Positions 1 to 11,038 are shown, counted from the stretch's first letter. The stretch: 64,000 bases of DNA from Cyanobacteria bacterium P01_F01_bin.150 (GCA_039189765.1 JBCCYL010000002.1:117768-181767), one strand, 5' to 3'. Translations and numbers: made by a program. The notes: a model not told the origin generated them from the sequence alone.

Positions 1-829
1 GGACCTGTTAATTTCAGGAACTGAAAGCGCTGTCAACCAGTGTGTTCGCCTGGTTCAGGCATTGGAACCTTACTGGAGTAAAGGCCAACCCATCACAGGG
101 GTTGAAATTTTAACGGCACGCCACGCCTTAAACACCAAGCGTCAAGATGATTTAAGGGCATTACAGGATGATGTCTTGACGCGTACCCGCAAGGGACAGG
201 TGGTTCGAGCCAAAACATTTCATCAACGACAGTATGTTCAGGCTATTCGCAATCATGATCTGACCTTTTGTATTGGTCCAGCGGGAACGGGTAAAACTTA
301 TCTAGCCGCCATATTGGGGGTTCAAGCTCTATTGGATGAAGAATTTGAGCGTTTGATTTTGACGCGCCCTGCGGTGGAAGCAGGGGAAAAGCTAGGATTT
401 CTGCCTGGTGATCTTCAGGAAAAGATTAATCCTTATCTACGTCCCCTCTATGATGCGCTATATGAGCTAATTGATCCACTTAAGGTTCCTAGTCTGATGG
501 AGAAAGGAACGATTGAAATTGCTCCTCTTGCCTACATGCGAGGCCGTACCCTCTCTAACGCCTTCGTGATTTTGGATGAGGCCCAAAATACAACTCCAGC
601 GCAAATGAAGATGGTTCTCACTCGTCTGGGATTTAACTCTCGCATGGTGGTAACGGGTGATGTCACCCAAACCGACCTTCCTTCTTCGCAAAAGTCTGGA
701 CTATTTGTTGCCCAATCGGTTCTTCGAAATATTGATGACATTGCATTCTGCAAACTGACTCAGGCTGATGTAGTCCGTCATCCTCTCGTTCAGAAAATTG
801 TCAAAGCTTATGAGGAACATCGTGCCTAG
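1..829 (+). CDS. phoH: PhoH family ATPase (5'-truncated by the window edge)
   Basis: Walker A GPAGTGKT, plus RPAVEAGEKLGFLPG, YMRGRTL, DEAQN and GDVTQTDL motifs. The frame is open back to base 2. Confidence 0.95.
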   Translation, partial: DLLISGTESAVNQCVRLVQALEPYWSKGQPITGVEILTARHALNTKRQDDLRALQDDVLTRTRKGQVVRAKTFHQRQYVQAIRNHDLTFCIGPAGTGKTYLAAILGVQALLDEEFERLILTRPAVEAGEKLGFLPGDLQEKINPYLRPLYDALYELIDPLKVPSLMEKGTIEIAPLAYMRGRTLSNAFVILDEAQNTTPAQMKMVLTRLGFNSRMVVTGDVTQTDLPSSQKSGLFVAQSVLRNIDDIAFCKLTQADVVRHPLVQKIVKAYEEHRA

Positions 830-844
830 GTAATGCCTCAAAGT

Positions 845-877
845 GATTTTGGCATGACCAGCCATCATGCCAAAATC
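845..877. terminator. Hairpin between convergent phoH and the DUF2325 gene
   Basis: Inverted repeat GATTTTGGCATGA-ccagcca-TCATGCCAAAATC just after the phoH stop. Confidence 0.6.
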
Positions 878-967
878 GCGATAATTTGTCGAAGGCTCGG
901 CGAAGCTGCGCTCTCAATAAAAAACGTTCCGATTCTATTGCGTGAGCGTTCCTTGGCAATAATAGCT

Positions 968-1765
968 TTAGAAAGCTTTACCAGATTCCACATGATTTAG
1001 AATTCCCCGTAAAACGCCACTTTTGCCCTTGCAGTTTAGCTGGAGTACTTCGCCCGCCAATGCCCCTGCATCTTTTAAGCTGAACACGATCTCGGTTAAT
1101 CGATGGCTCATATATCCAGTAATTAACACGACTAAATTACACCGATATATTTTGGACTTAACGCGATTGCGAGTCGTATTCGCTTCATTCATGCGAGGAA
1201 TTTCAACAAAATGCTTAAGGCCATAATGGGCCTGTAATTCTTGAATAACCCCTCGACGAGTACTTGGATGGCCACCAACAAGGGCTAAACGAAAATCTGA
1301 AAGGTCTAGAGATGAGGGTGGAATCGAAGAGTCACCAGACTGAAAAGAAGATATGGCTTCACTGCTTGCCCCATCATTCTGTCTCGGCTCTATTATCACT
1401 CCTTGATGGGTAGAATCCAAGGAAGTTGAAGGTTCCAGAGAAGACTGAGCGGCTAAAGCACTTAAGTCTTCCTCTAAAATTAAAACCTGTAACTGTAACT
1501 CATCCCGTTCCTGAATGATTCGTTCAGTTTCTTGCTTGGCCTTCTGTAATTCCCCATCAGTATATTGCAATAGTTCCTGCATTTCCTGGTGGAGGCGAGC
1601 GCATTCGGCTTCCGCTATTTCCAATGCGGCCCTAAGTAGCTGCACTTTACGACGATCCTTGCCGCTTAAGCCACCAATCGCTTGGCTAAGCATGGATGAA
1701 ATCGGGTTAACAATAGCTCTTGGCCAATTAGTCGGTTTAAAGCGCTTCATCCTCTCACCCTCCAT
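968..1765 (-). CDS. Coiled-coil protein with C-terminal DUF2325-like domain
   Basis: N-terminal coiled coil; C-terminal LALVGGH...LVVLITGYMSH pattern typical of DUF2325. Confidence 0.7.
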   Translation of the reverse strand: MEGERMKRFKPTNWPRAIVNPISSMLSQAIGGLSGKDRRKVQLLRAALEIAEAECARLHQEMQELLQYTDGELQKAKQETERIIQERDELQLQVLILEEDLSALAAQSSLEPSTSLDSTHQGVIIEPRQNDGASSEAISSFQSGDSSIPPSSLDLSDFRLALVGGHPSTRRGVIQELQAHYGLKHFVEIPRMNEANTTRNRVKSKIYRCNLVVLITGYMSHRLTEIVFSLKDAGALAGEVLQLNCKGKSGVLRGILNHVESGKAF

Positions 1766-2005
1766 TTTACAAAGCAGGTATCATCTTTACCATCGCAAAC
1801 ACCTTTTTAACAGAGAGCGATTTAGACCTGTAAAGCATAGATTTTAAAAAATCGACCCCACAGGTAAAGTCAAGCGTATAAGATCGGCCTGCCACCGATT
1901 TTTACCAGACAATGCTGCTGAACTGATACCAAATAAATGCGGTTTATCTTAAGCATATTTCTTGAGTATAGCGATCTCTATTGGAAACGGAGTAAGACCA
2001 ATACA

Positions 2006-2680
2006 ATGAATTTACCTAAACTACGTTTTTTTCTGGATACAGCAAACGTAGATGCATGGAAAATATGGTTACCCACTGGATTATTTTACGGGGTGACAAC
2101 AAATCCATTGTTGCTAGAGCGAGCTGACGCACCATGTACTGTGGAATCCTTGAAAAGCGTGGCAGACATAGCCTTCAATCTGGGTGCTCAAAATGTTCAG
2201 CTACAAACCTGGGGTACAACAGTAGAGAAAATGGTTTCAACAGGGAAGGCGTTAGCAGCGGTTAGTAATCGCATCACAGTAAAAGTCCCTTTAACCCAGG
2301 TTGGTATTCAAGCAACCCGTGAATTGCGCTGTGCCAAGATTAGCATTACATTAACGGCCTGCTATGCTCACCACCAGGTAATTATCGCAGACGCTGCCTC
2401 TGCCGATTATGTTGCGCCTTATCTGGGGAGAATGAACGATCTGGAGATGGACGGACGCAAGGAAATTAGCAACATGCAACGATCCTTGAGTGCTTTGCAT
2501 AGCCGTACTCGTATTTTAGTCGCTAGCATTAGATCCGTAGATGACATTACAGCTTTGACAATGAATGGCTTAGATACGTTTACGTTTTCGCCAGCGATCG
2601 CCCAAGCTCTTTTTGATGTTCCACCTACGCAAAAGGCTGCAGCGGATTTTCAACGTGCAGCCCAAGCGATGCAGAAATGA
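2006..2680 (+). CDS. Transaldolase / fructose-6-phosphate aldolase family protein
   Basis: FFLDTA, GVTTNP, VKVP, YVAPYLGRM and LVASIR motifs. The ATG at 2006 is preferred over 1937. Confidence 0.9.
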   Translation: MNLPKLRFFLDTANVDAWKIWLPTGLFYGVTTNPLLLERADAPCTVESLKSVADIAFNLGAQNVQLQTWGTTVEKMVSTGKALAAVSNRITVKVPLTQVGIQATRELRCAKISITLTACYAHHQVIIADAASADYVAPYLGRMNDLEMDGRKEISNMQRSLSALHSRTRILVASIRSVDDITALTMNGLDTFTFSPAIAQALFDVPPTQKAAADFQRAAQAMQK

Positions 2681-2681
2681 C

Positions 2682-2918
2682 TTAGCATTTATTTAGGTCA
2701 ATGCCAGCCTGCTTAGCCATCGCTTCAATGCCTTTATTCTTTAAGGTTTTAATCGCTTTGGTGGACAGGCGTAATTTGACCCATTTGTTGCCTTGGGGCC
2801 ACCATACCCGCTTGTACTGTAGATTTACACCCTGCAATTTCTTAGTACGACGGTGAGAGTGGGATACCGCATATCCGTTATTTGCTTTTTTTCCAGTCAG
2901 TTGACAAACCCGAGACAT
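2682..2918 (-). CDS. rpmB: 50S ribosomal protein L28
   Basis: [34 protein letters not shown]. Confidence 0.98.
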   Translation of the reverse strand: MSRVCQLTGKKANNGYAVSHSHRRTKKLQGVNLQYKRVWWPQGNKWVKLRLSTKAIKTLKNKGIEAMAKQAGIDLNKC

Positions 2919-3181
2919 AGTCAGATCTCCAGCAGCTTAATTTCATTAAATAGCACAGTCTCTGATTGTACCTTAAACCCTACCGTAGAACCAGTTGAAA
3001 ATAAGTCTAGTGCGTCTTCAAGTTTTAATTTTGAGGTAAATCCCAGGGGATTTATCTCAACTCTCAAGATTTAAAGAGCACTGGTGAGGCTAGAGAGCCT
3101 CAAGATATGTGGAACCGCGATCGCATCCTACAATGAGGGGGCGATCGCGGTTCAATTACTCGCAAGGACTACTTTTGCTCG

Positions 3182-6100
3182 TTAATTAGGCTGAGTTGTA
3201 TTGTCAGTGTCGTCTTTTTTAAGACCCAATGCCCATAACTCTCGACCAATGCTCTCGCGATCCTCTATCGGAACAACAGTAGGAGTCGTGCCTCTCGCAG
3301 TAAAGAACAGGCGATTTCCGACATTAATAAAGTCACTTGGATTTGAACCACTGTTGTCTGTTTCATATATCCCATTCGCATTTACTATTGGAACCTCTAC
3401 TTCCTCACTCTCATCATTAATTTCCGTTGTGGTCTGTACAATTGGCCGATAGATATCCTCAACCATCTGCGTCCCATCTGCTGTCCCATCACTCTTCCAT
3501 AGCTCCTGTCCGAATACCCCATCATTAGCGGAGAAGTATAAAACGCCATCAATTGCAATAAAGCTTTCCAATGATGATGAACTATCCGGATTGATATTTT
3601 TCACCAATAAAGGATCGTGGAAATTGGCACTATCGGCAGGATTAATATTGATTGACCAGAGTTCTTTATCATTACTCGCATCCCGTGCTGCAAACATTAG
3701 CTTATCACCAAGAACTGTTAGCTCTTCTATAAGAGGAGAACTGTCTCCTGCTAAGTCTGTAATCCGTCTGGCCACATCATCATTGGTATCAACCGTTCCA
3801 TTTTGATCGACGTACCATAGTTCAATTTGCTTCTCGCTGTTTATCTCGCTTTCAGCCAAGAAGTAAAGCGTTTGACTGTTGTCGGGTGCTGTCACTTGGA
3901 GGAAAGAACCATCGTTAAATCCAGTAATCACTTCAGAGGTTGCTAGAGTTTGGATATTATCGGGGACCGTTTGATCCTTCTGAATCCGCTTTAAGGCATT
4001 ATCGTCTGTAAAATACAGCGTATCACCCACTGCAGTTAGATTCTCCGGTGAAGCAACAGACGTCAATAATATTTCCGCACCATCTTTGACGTCTGTTTCC
4101 TTGGAGTCATAACGGTACAGCGACTTACTTTTATCTAGGAAATAGAGAATATCATCGACTACCGTTAACCCACTAAGCGTGTTGTTTATCGAGAGGTCGT
4201 CATCTGTTGTTACATTTGTTTTGACAGTGAGAGTAGAGCCGGTGACTCCCCATAACTCAGAACCTTTTGCCGTTGTTACTTGTACTGCCTGATCATTATC
4301 CTTGCCAAATGATGTAGCAGTGAAATAAAGAGTATTGTCCACAACTGTAAACTCTGAAGCGGTAAAATCAAATACGGCATCATTTTCGGCATCAGTTGCC
4401 CCGTCTCCTGCAAGCATCTCTAAACCAGATGCACCTTCTGTCCAAAGCGCCTGCTTACCGTTGATCGTCCCCAAGAAGTAAAGCTGGTTATTCACCACCG
4501 ACAAGTTAGAAATAGATTCAAAGTCTTGGGGATTTTCAAAGGCCACTTTGACAGTAGTTTCTTCAGAGCTATCCTCACTGGCTCCACTGGACTTCCAAAT
4601 CGCTTCTCCGTTACCATCGTTGGCGACAAAAAATACATCAGTGTCAATACTAACCATTTTATCGGCCTTAACTCCGTCTCCAAAGCCTGCGTTAATATCC
4701 TTGGTGAGCGCAGGAACGTCATTTAGAGGGAATAGGGCCAACTCCAAGTGATAGTAAGACGCATTATCTGGATCAGGAGTATTGGTACCTGTGAAGGGTG
4801 CAGGATAGACATTGAGGTAATAGGTTCCAGCCTCTAAGTTCCCCCCTGCTGATTCCACTAAATCTCCTGGTTTGGCAGATAGACTCACTGACTCAGTGGT
4901 TATTGGGTTTGTACCAACTTGTCTAAGTAACTCCACATCTAGATTACTATCTATCGTCCCTTCGATATCAGGATCAAATATATCTACCAAGTCAACGCCA
5001 AGGTAGCTTTTTTCATCTAAGACAATTTTGTAATAATCACTTGGGTCCTCTCCTCCAACCCATAGTGCCTCATCGGGATCGTCACCAAAGATGACTCTAT
5101 TTGTGTAGGTTGTATCAACCAAGGCATCAAGAGCCTCCTGGGGCAACGTTCTTGCTTCAGCAAGGGTATCACCGGCCTCAAAACTATCTGCCTGTTCTGG
5201 AATGGCGGCTAGATTTAATGTGTAGTCTTTGGATACGATTCCTGCACTAGCGGCTTCCACCTTGAGTAAGTAGGAGCCTGCGGCCAAATCAGTGGAAAAG
5301 TTTTCCGCTGGAGTGATAATTTCATCGCCTATCCCAACACCAGGATTCTGGGGTAAAAGCTCTATCGCAGAGCCATCTTGGCTCAAGATGGACATGTTGA
5401 GATCGCCCGCTAAATCGGTGAGGGTAAAGCGAATTTCAGAATCACGGGAAAGTTCAAAGGCAAAGTAATCGACTGGATCGTCAGCATCAATTGAGAAGGG
5501 AGCATCGCTAAAATTCGCATGATTGTTATCAAGGAGGGTGGACCTGAAGCTTAGAAAAGGCAGTTGGTCAGCTGTTGCGGGCGTGTCATTATCATCTCGT
5601 GATAGAGCAGATCCGGTAATAGAATAATTGCTTTCAGTCCCCGCGAGAGGCTGAAAAACATGTAAATAGTAGTTCCCAGCTTCTAAGGTTTCCGAAAAGG
5701 TTTCGCTGGTCGTTCCTCCATTGTCAGATGTCTGGACTAGAGCATTATTGCTGTCTAATAATTGAACATCAATGTCTGCCGTTAAATTACCAATGCTCAG
5801 ATCGACGTTTGCCCGACTCGCTAATGAAAAGGAATAATAGTCAGCAGTATCGGAATCGCTGATAGAAAAGGGTTCAGAGCCTGATGGTAATCCGGTTAGA
5901 TCCGCAGCCGTGTATGTCTTAGACGTTTCGGATAAAGTTAACCCTAACGCTGTCTGAAATGTTTCATTCCCATCTGCCACAACAACTGGCGTAGGGGTTA
6001 CTGACGGAGTTGGCGTAGCTACAGTAGGGGTTACTGACGGGGTTGGCGTAGCTACAGTAGGGGTTACTGACGGGGTTGGCGTAGCTACAGTAGGGGTTAC

Positions 6101-6631
6101 TGACGGGGTTGGCGTTACCGATGGCGTAGGAGTAAGGTCAGGCGTAGCCTCGATTTCCGTGCTGGCTACATCAATCCTGTACTTCACTTTATTTTTTTTA
6201 CTGGCTCCTTTGTTGGGTCTAACCCGAATAAAGTATTCACCTGCTTCTAGGGATTGAATAATGCTTTCATCTTTTTTGCCACCCCTTTTAGAGATGGCAA
6301 GTCGAGTCAGGCTTCTGTTGAAATGCTTTTTAAATTTACTTTGCAGCTTTAATTTCTTACTAAAAGGGTTGGTAAAAAGATCACTGAACTCTCTTCTTTT
6401 AATTTTATTGAAAGAATTTTTAGGGCCAGCTTCTTTCCGCTGATAAAGCTCAACGTCCACGTTGCTGCTAAGGTCTGTCAACGATAAATCGATGTTACTG
6501 CTTTTCCCCAGGGAGAAAGTGTACAAATCAGTTAGGTCTTTTTTCCCGACCCTATCTTTATTGCTGAAACTTTCACCAGATGATGAGAATACGATATCCG
6601 TTGCTTTTTTAAGCGAATGATCCTTCGGCAT
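3182..6631 (-). CDS. Large extracellular-type protein with multiple PPC (pre-peptidase C) domains, a Thr/Pro linker and ELWxxDGT beta-propeller repeats
   Basis: Repeated DYY.F.L...LEAG.YYL.V PPC units; ELWKSDGTADGT, ELWS and ELWA repeats. Confidence 0.8.
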   Translation of the reverse strand: MPKDHSLKKATDIVFSSSGESFSNKDRVGKKDLTDLYTFSLGKSSNIDLSLTDLSSNVDVELYQRKEAGPKNSFNKIKRREFSDLFTNPFSKKLKLQSKFKKHFNRSLTRLAISKRGGKKDESIIQSLEAGEYFIRVRPNKGASKKNKVKYRIDVASTEIEATPDLTPTPSVTPTPSVTPTVATPTPSVTPTVATPTPSVTPTVATPTPSVTPTPVVVADGNETFQTALGLTLSETSKTYTAADLTGLPSGSEPFSISDSDTADYYSFSLASRANVDLSIGNLTADIDVQLLDSNNALVQTSDNGGTTSETFSETLEAGNYYLHVFQPLAGTESNYSITGSALSRDDNDTPATADQLPFLSFRSTLLDNNHANFSDAPFSIDADDPVDYFAFELSRDSEIRFTLTDLAGDLNMSILSQDGSAIELLPQNPGVGIGDEIITPAENFSTDLAAGSYLLKVEAASAGIVSKDYTLNLAAIPEQADSFEAGDTLAEARTLPQEALDALVDTTYTNRVIFGDDPDEALWVGGEDPSDYYKIVLDEKSYLGVDLVDIFDPDIEGTIDSNLDVELLRQVGTNPITTESVSLSAKPGDLVESAGGNLEAGTYYLNVYPAPFTGTNTPDPDNASYYHLELALFPLNDVPALTKDINAGFGDGVKADKMVSIDTDVFFVANDGNGEAIWKSSGASEDSSEETTVKVAFENPQDFESISNLSVVNNQLYFLGTINGKQALWTEGASGLEMLAGDGATDAENDAVFDFTASEFTVVDNTLYFTATSFGKDNDQAVQVTTAKGSELWGVTGSTLTVKTNVTTDDDLSINNTLSGLTVVDDILYFLDKSKSLYRYDSKETDVKDGAEILLTSVASPENLTAVGDTLYFTDDNALKRIQKDQTVPDNIQTLATSEVITGFNDGSFLQVTAPDNSQTLYFLAESEINSEKQIELWYVDQNGTVDTNDDVARRITDLAGDSSPLIEELTVLGDKLMFAARDASNDKELWSININPADSANFHDPLLVKNINPDSSSSLESFIAIDGVLYFSANDGVFGQELWKSDGTADGTQMVEDIYRPIVQTTTEINDESEEVEVPIVNANGIYETDNSGSNPSDFINVGNRLFFTARGTTPTVVPIEDRESIGRELWALGLKKDDTDNTTQPN
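5991..6114 (-). repeat. Coding 33-bp tandem repeat (about 3.7 copies, encoding VATPTPSVTPT)
   Basis: Unit GTAGGGGTTACTGACGGGGTTGGCGTAGCTACA repeated. Confidence 0.9.
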
Positions 6632-6790
6632 TTGTTCGAAGTTCCTTTTTGTGGTAGTGCTGCCTCCATCCTGTCTTTTGTTAGAAAAAAAAGAGTCGTT
6701 AGTTTTGTCGATTTTTACCTGGAACTCTGCGTATCTGTCGGTAAAAATACGCTATTCTCCTATTTCCAACCCTTATAAAGAGGAGTTTCG

Positions 6791-6871
6791 GGCTTAAAAC
6801 TTAAGCCGGGACGCATTTAACGGGATACTGGGGCGCTCCGCACCCCAGTATCCCGCCTTAAAATACAAGCC
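6791..6871. repeat. 81-bp structured dispersed repeat, copy A
   Basis: GGCTTAAAACTTAAGCCGG...hairpin...CCTTAAAATACAAGCC; homologous to 11100-11180 and 63490-63570. Confidence 0.85.
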
Positions 6872-6896
6872 GGAGTTTCGTTTTAATGTGAAACAG

Positions 6897-6941
6897 ACTT
6901 AATAGGATTGTGGGCGCGACGCGCCCACAATCCTATTAAGT
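6897..6941. repeat. 45-bp near-perfect palindrome
   Basis: ACTTAATAGGATTGTGGGCGCG-a-CGCGCCCACAATCCTATTAAGT (22-bp arms). Confidence 0.9.
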
Positions 6942-7395
6942 TGCTATCCACAAAGAGTCCGATCATCGGCTTATTCTTTAAGCTGGGATTAAGCTGGGAT
7001 TAAGCTAACAGTGCTATGAGGTATGGAGCGTACTACAACACTGTCTTGAAATACAGGCCCGATCCTTAACATGTAATTGCGAAACGGATGCTTAACCCAC
7101 GATGGTCTCTGTTGCGATCGCCACCTTGACTAAGATATTTTTTGTTGAATTAGCAAGTGATTTTACGGATCGTCATTTGAAGTTACTGTAAAGCGTCAGA
7201 TAATGCTGCAAAGGAGCGATAAAGTGGTGTGAGAGGCTACCTTCAATCCACTTGACGTTATCATCGTTACGTTGTGGATTAAGAGAGTAGGGGTGCTTGC
7301 TCAAGTTATTTCTTCACTGCATGTCCTAAATATTTTCCAGAATAGGGCTTATGCGGGGTTGAAGGGATTGAGGGAACATAACAGATTGTGCATTA

Positions 7396-9186
7396 GTGTT
7401 GTTGGCGCTGTGTAAGGAGTCCGTAAAGATGCTTCGTAGGCATACTGCATTCATTGGAATTATCTGTGGTTTAGTTGGTTGGCTGGGAGAAAGTTCTATT
7501 GCCCAGGCGGATACTCCTTTGACTCACGCAGATATCCAGCAAATTCGCAATCAGGTTGACTTTATTCCAGAGAATGGCTCTGCTCGTCTTGCTGAACTCT
7601 CAGATCGGCTGATTCCAGGAGATGCCCTTTCAACTCGTCAGTCTTCGTTCGCTGAGCTGGAGTTCAATGATGGAACTTTAGCTCGTGTTGGTGAATTTGT
7701 ACTCTTTCGCTTTCAACCCAACACTCGCACTGTTGATCTGGAAAATGGCACGTTGTTACTCCTTATTCCACCGGATCAAGGAACGACTAATTTGCGTACA
7801 CCCAATGCAAATGCAGGAATTAGAGGTTCTGGGCTATTTGTTCGCTACATTGAAGGCGATACTCCCGAGCAGTCTACCACTCTGATTGGAGCCTTAACGA
7901 CCAGCGGTATTACTGTTGCCAATACAACTGAGTCTCTTGTTTGGAATGATGAGAGCGATTCATTTACATCTGTGGAGGACAGTCACTCAACTCCCACCGT
8001 CGTTGAGTTGGAAGCTGGGCATATGGCCGTTATTGTCGGCAATAGTACACCCCAAGTCTTTTCATTTGAACTTGACCTGTTCTATCAAACCAGTACCTTG
8101 GTGTCGGGGTTGGACTTAGATGGCGATGGCGATACCTCAGTGGCAATTTGGAGAGAGGAACCCCGTGATGGCGAACATCTCCTCTCTGTCCCAGCTACCA
8201 GCACCAACGGTGAACGGGATGCGATCGCCCTTGTTAGGGAAGAAACAAAAGACGGTCTTTTTGCCCAAGCCGGAACCCTTACTACTCCCTACATTGATAA
8301 TCCTCCATTTGTATACGGTGGTGACTGGCAGCCCTCGACTGCTTGGTTGCCATTAGCTCCTCAGCAAAATCCAAGTTACGGTGAAGCTGTCGATAATATG
8401 ATTGATGCCGCAGAGCTGCAAACTCCTCAATCGAATCTGGGAACAGTGCCTTCTGGGGAGAGAATTGCGCCTCCTCCCATTGAGCAACCACATATTGTAG
8501 GACCCATGCCAACGGTTGGGCCAAGGCCAGATCGAGGAATAGATATTCCACCTCCACTAACCCCTCCAACGATACCATCCCCACCCTCTGTTCCATCTCC
8601 ACAACCCCCTACTGCATTCCCTCCCCAGGCCCCATTGCCAAGTCCCTTACCCCCTACAACCCCAATCTTTCAGCCAACGCCGAGTCCAATGCCTCCAGAG
8701 CCAACGCCGAGTCCAATGCCTCCAGAACCAACGCCGAGCCCAATGCCTCCAGAGCCAGCGCCGAGTCCAATGCCTCCAGAACCAACGCCGAGTCCGATGC
8801 CTCCAGAACCAACGCCGAGTCCAGAACCCCCTGAGCCAACTCCAAATCCTGGCCCCTTGCCTGACCCACCCACTATCCCATTTCCACAAGGCAATCCTGA
8901 AGCCCCAGATAGCGATCCTCCTGAGATGACACCAAGTCCACCTGAAGGGACCAACTCTCCTCCTCCCTCAGAGGCTCAAAGTCCGAATGAAACCCAACAG
9001 CCGGAACAACCTAATACTCCACCCGAACCCAGTACTCCTTCGATAGATGATGGGCAAGTTACACAGCAACCGGATTTTGATATATTTGGGGGCGATTCTG
9101 GAGAAGGGGCATCAGACGATGGTGATAATATCCCATCTGGTCCTATGCTGCCATCTGAAGGAAGTATTGACGTCAACCGTGAGTAA
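7396..9186 (+). CDS. FecR-domain protein with Pro-rich C-terminal tail
   Basis: Signal-peptide-like N-terminus; GDALST..SFAELEFNDGTLARVG and TPNANAGIRGS FecR motifs. The true start may be 7429. Confidence 0.8.
   Translation: MLLALCKESVKMLRRHTAFIGIICGLVGWLGESSIAQADTPLTHADIQQIRNQVDFIPENGSARLAELSDRLIPGDALSTRQSSFAELEFNDGTLARVGEFVLFRFQPNTRTVDLENGTLLLLIPPDQGTTNLRTPNANAGIRGSGLFVRYIEGDTPEQSTTLIGALTTSGITVANTTESLVWNDESDSFTSVEDSHSTPTVVELEAGHMAVIVGNSTPQVFSFELDLFYQTSTLVSGLDLDGDGDTSVAIWREEPRDGEHLLSVPATSTNGERDAIALVREETKDGLFAQAGTLTTPYIDNPPFVYGGDWQPSTAWLPLAPQQNPSYGEAVDNMIDAAELQTPQSNLGTVPSGERIAPPPIEQPHIVGPMPTVGPRPDRGIDIPPPLTPPTIPSPPSVPSPQPPTAFPPQAPLPSPLPPTTPIFQPTPSPMPPEPTPSPMPPEPTPSPMPPEPAPSPMPPEPTPSPMPPEPTPSPEPPEPTPNPGPLPDPPTIPFPQGNPEAPDSDPPEMTPSPPEGTNSPPPSEAQSPNETQQPEQPNTPPEPSTPSIDDGQVTQQPDFDIFGGDSGEGASDDGDNIPSGPMLPSEGSIDVNRE
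8674..8835 (+). repeat. Coding 27-bp tandem repeat (PTPSPMPPE x5 plus a degenerate copy)
   Basis: CCAACGCCGAGTCCAATGCCTCCAGAR units. Confidence 0.9.
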
Positions 9187-9285
9187 AAGAAGAATAGGTT
9201 TCCTTGCAAAATCCTATTGAGCCAGCCAATATGGGTGATGTCCTACTGCCAATTTGACCCTTATGGCTAGCGAATAAAGAGTCTG

Positions 9286-9378
9286 TAAGCACCCAGACAA
9301 AATTATTTTTATCGGAGTGTGCGCCTCTTCGAGGCGCACACTCCAATTTTCATTAAATTAATTATGTCCACCTGCTTA
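9286..9378. mobile_element. MITE-like short element with imperfect terminal inverted repeats and a central hairpin
   Basis: TAAGCACCCAGACAAAATT...AATTATGTCCACCTGCTTA ends; internal GGAGTGTGCGCCTC-ttc-GAGGCGCACACTCC; similar ends at 52116-52206. Confidence 0.55.
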
Positions 9379-9457
9379 TAAAGCTAGTATCGCGTCAGCT
9401 TTATTGTGAGGGGAAAATCCCTCGCGATTTTCCCCTCATTTATTTCTTGATAGAGTA

Positions 9458-10501
9458 CTAGACTCCTTTGAAAGTAACCGATTCGCTTTTGTCGATTTGG
9501 CAAGAAGTTGCTTCTTGGCTGAGCCGAGGTTTAATACGTTGGACTCCGATTTGGTTTAGGGCAATTCCTCCGAGGATGACGATGCCACCAATGTACTGGC
9601 CTAGGGTAGGCACGTCGCCTAGTAGGAGGTAAGCGGCAAGAACGCCTGCTAGGGGATTAAAGGCTGTGGCGAGGGAAATCTCGCTGGCGTTGCTAAGTTT
9701 TAGGCCGTTAAACCAGGCGAGTTGACCACCCACTACAATCACTGCGCTGTAGAATAACATCCATTTCCATAGGAAAGGAGAGGCGGTATCCATTAGGTGA
9801 CTGGGGCCAAATAAAACAATCACCGTTACAAAAAATACGACAGTGCCCAATGCCACACGGTAAACATTGAAAATGCCCAGGGGGATTTGCTGGAGGCTGA
9901 CTTTGCTAATCACGTTGGAGATGGCCTTAAAGACGGCTGCGGCTAAGGTAAGGATCTCACCGAGGCCAATTTCCATCCCACCCATCGACACCATCTCGTC
10001 GCTCGGAGGGGCGATGATAACGGTTAGGGCCACGCCGATAAAGGCGAGAATGGCTCCGGCAATCACCCAGCGGTTGATGCGATCGCCCAGAAACCACACT
10101 GATAGAGCTAGAACTAAAGGCGTATCAAGTTGACCAATCAGAATCACGTTATTAACGGAGGTTATGGCAAGGGCGCTAAAGATAAGGGTGGGGACGACGG
10201 CGGAGCTAAGGATGGCGACAATGGTGAGGATAGTCCATTGTTTAACCGTAATTTTCTTCAGAATGGCGGGTCGCCATTGGTTTTGATACAGGCCAATCAA
10301 CAAAATCAGGGCGCAAAGGTTGCCGACAAACAGAACGTTGCAAAAGGAGATTGGATTGCGCCCGTCAATTAAGTTTTCGGCCCCAAGGTCGGTGAGCTTG
10401 CGGGTTACTGCGTTGGCGGCTCCAAAGATAAGGATTGCCACCATCAAGTAGATACGGCCAGAGGGCTGAAACGGTAGGGAAGGTTTCATCGGGATTTCCA
10501 A
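9458..10501 (-). CDS. DMT/EamA family transporter
   Basis: About 10 transmembrane segments in two EamA repeats. Confidence 0.85.
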   Translation of the reverse strand: MEIPMKPSLPFQPSGRIYLMVAILIFGAANAVTRKLTDLGAENLIDGRNPISFCNVLFVGNLCALILLIGLYQNQWRPAILKKITVKQWTILTIVAILSSAVVPTLIFSALAITSVNNVILIGQLDTPLVLALSVWFLGDRINRWVIAGAILAFIGVALTVIIAPPSDEMVSMGGMEIGLGEILTLAAAVFKAISNVISKVSLQQIPLGIFNVYRVALGTVVFFVTVIVLFGPSHLMDTASPFLWKWMLFYSAVIVVGGQLAWFNGLKLSNASEISLATAFNPLAGVLAAYLLLGDVPTLGQYIGGIVILGGIALNQIGVQRIKPRLSQEATSCQIDKSESVTFKGV

Positions 10502-10717
10502 AGTTGCTTAAGCGACGGTAGCACAGTAAGCAACGGTAGGGACGAGCAGCAAAACTTAAAGCAACAGATCTTAAAGCTGAAGGACCTTATTTTAATAAGG
10601 CTGTGGGGCAAAATTCCTAGAATCTCGACTTGGCAAAGTTCATTAGGGAATGAGGGTTTGAAATACACAACGCGCCTCCCAAAACCTCATTTCACATGGC
10701 TAACGTGATTGGTAATC

Positions 10718-11038
10718 CTAAGCTTGCTCCAGGGGAGCCATGGTTAAGCCCGCTCGACTAAGCTGCTCATGATAAAGTTCGGCTTGCTCCATGGGGCCTA
10801 CCCAAACAATTGCTAGTCCTTCGTTGTGGATTTGATGGGCCAGGTCCCAGGCGCGATCGCTCACCATCCCTGGAATATATTTCACCAAGGTTTCTACAAC
10901 GTGTTGAAACGTATTGACATCATCATTTAGAACAATAATCTTATAGTTCGGATAGGGAACAGAAACAGTTTGCCCCGCCCGCTCTATTGTTGTACTTGGA
11001 GATGAGCCAATTGCAGAAATTGGTGTTCTAGATACCAT
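10718..11038 (-). CDS. clpS: ATP-dependent Clp protease adaptor ClpS
   Basis: YKIIVLNDDVNTFQHVV...IHNEGLAIVW. Confidence 0.95.
   Translation of the reverse strand: MVSRTPISAIGSSPSTTIERAGQTVSVPYPNYKIIVLNDDVNTFQHVVETLVKYIPGMVSDRAWDLAHQIHNEGLAIVWVGPMEQAELYHEQLSRAGLTMAPLEQA

Noticed and set aside
8647..8954. Repetitive antisense ORFs (WRHWTRR, ALEALDS, GGIGLGVGS)
   Set aside because: Alternative frames of the 27-bp Pro-rich repeat in the FecR gene
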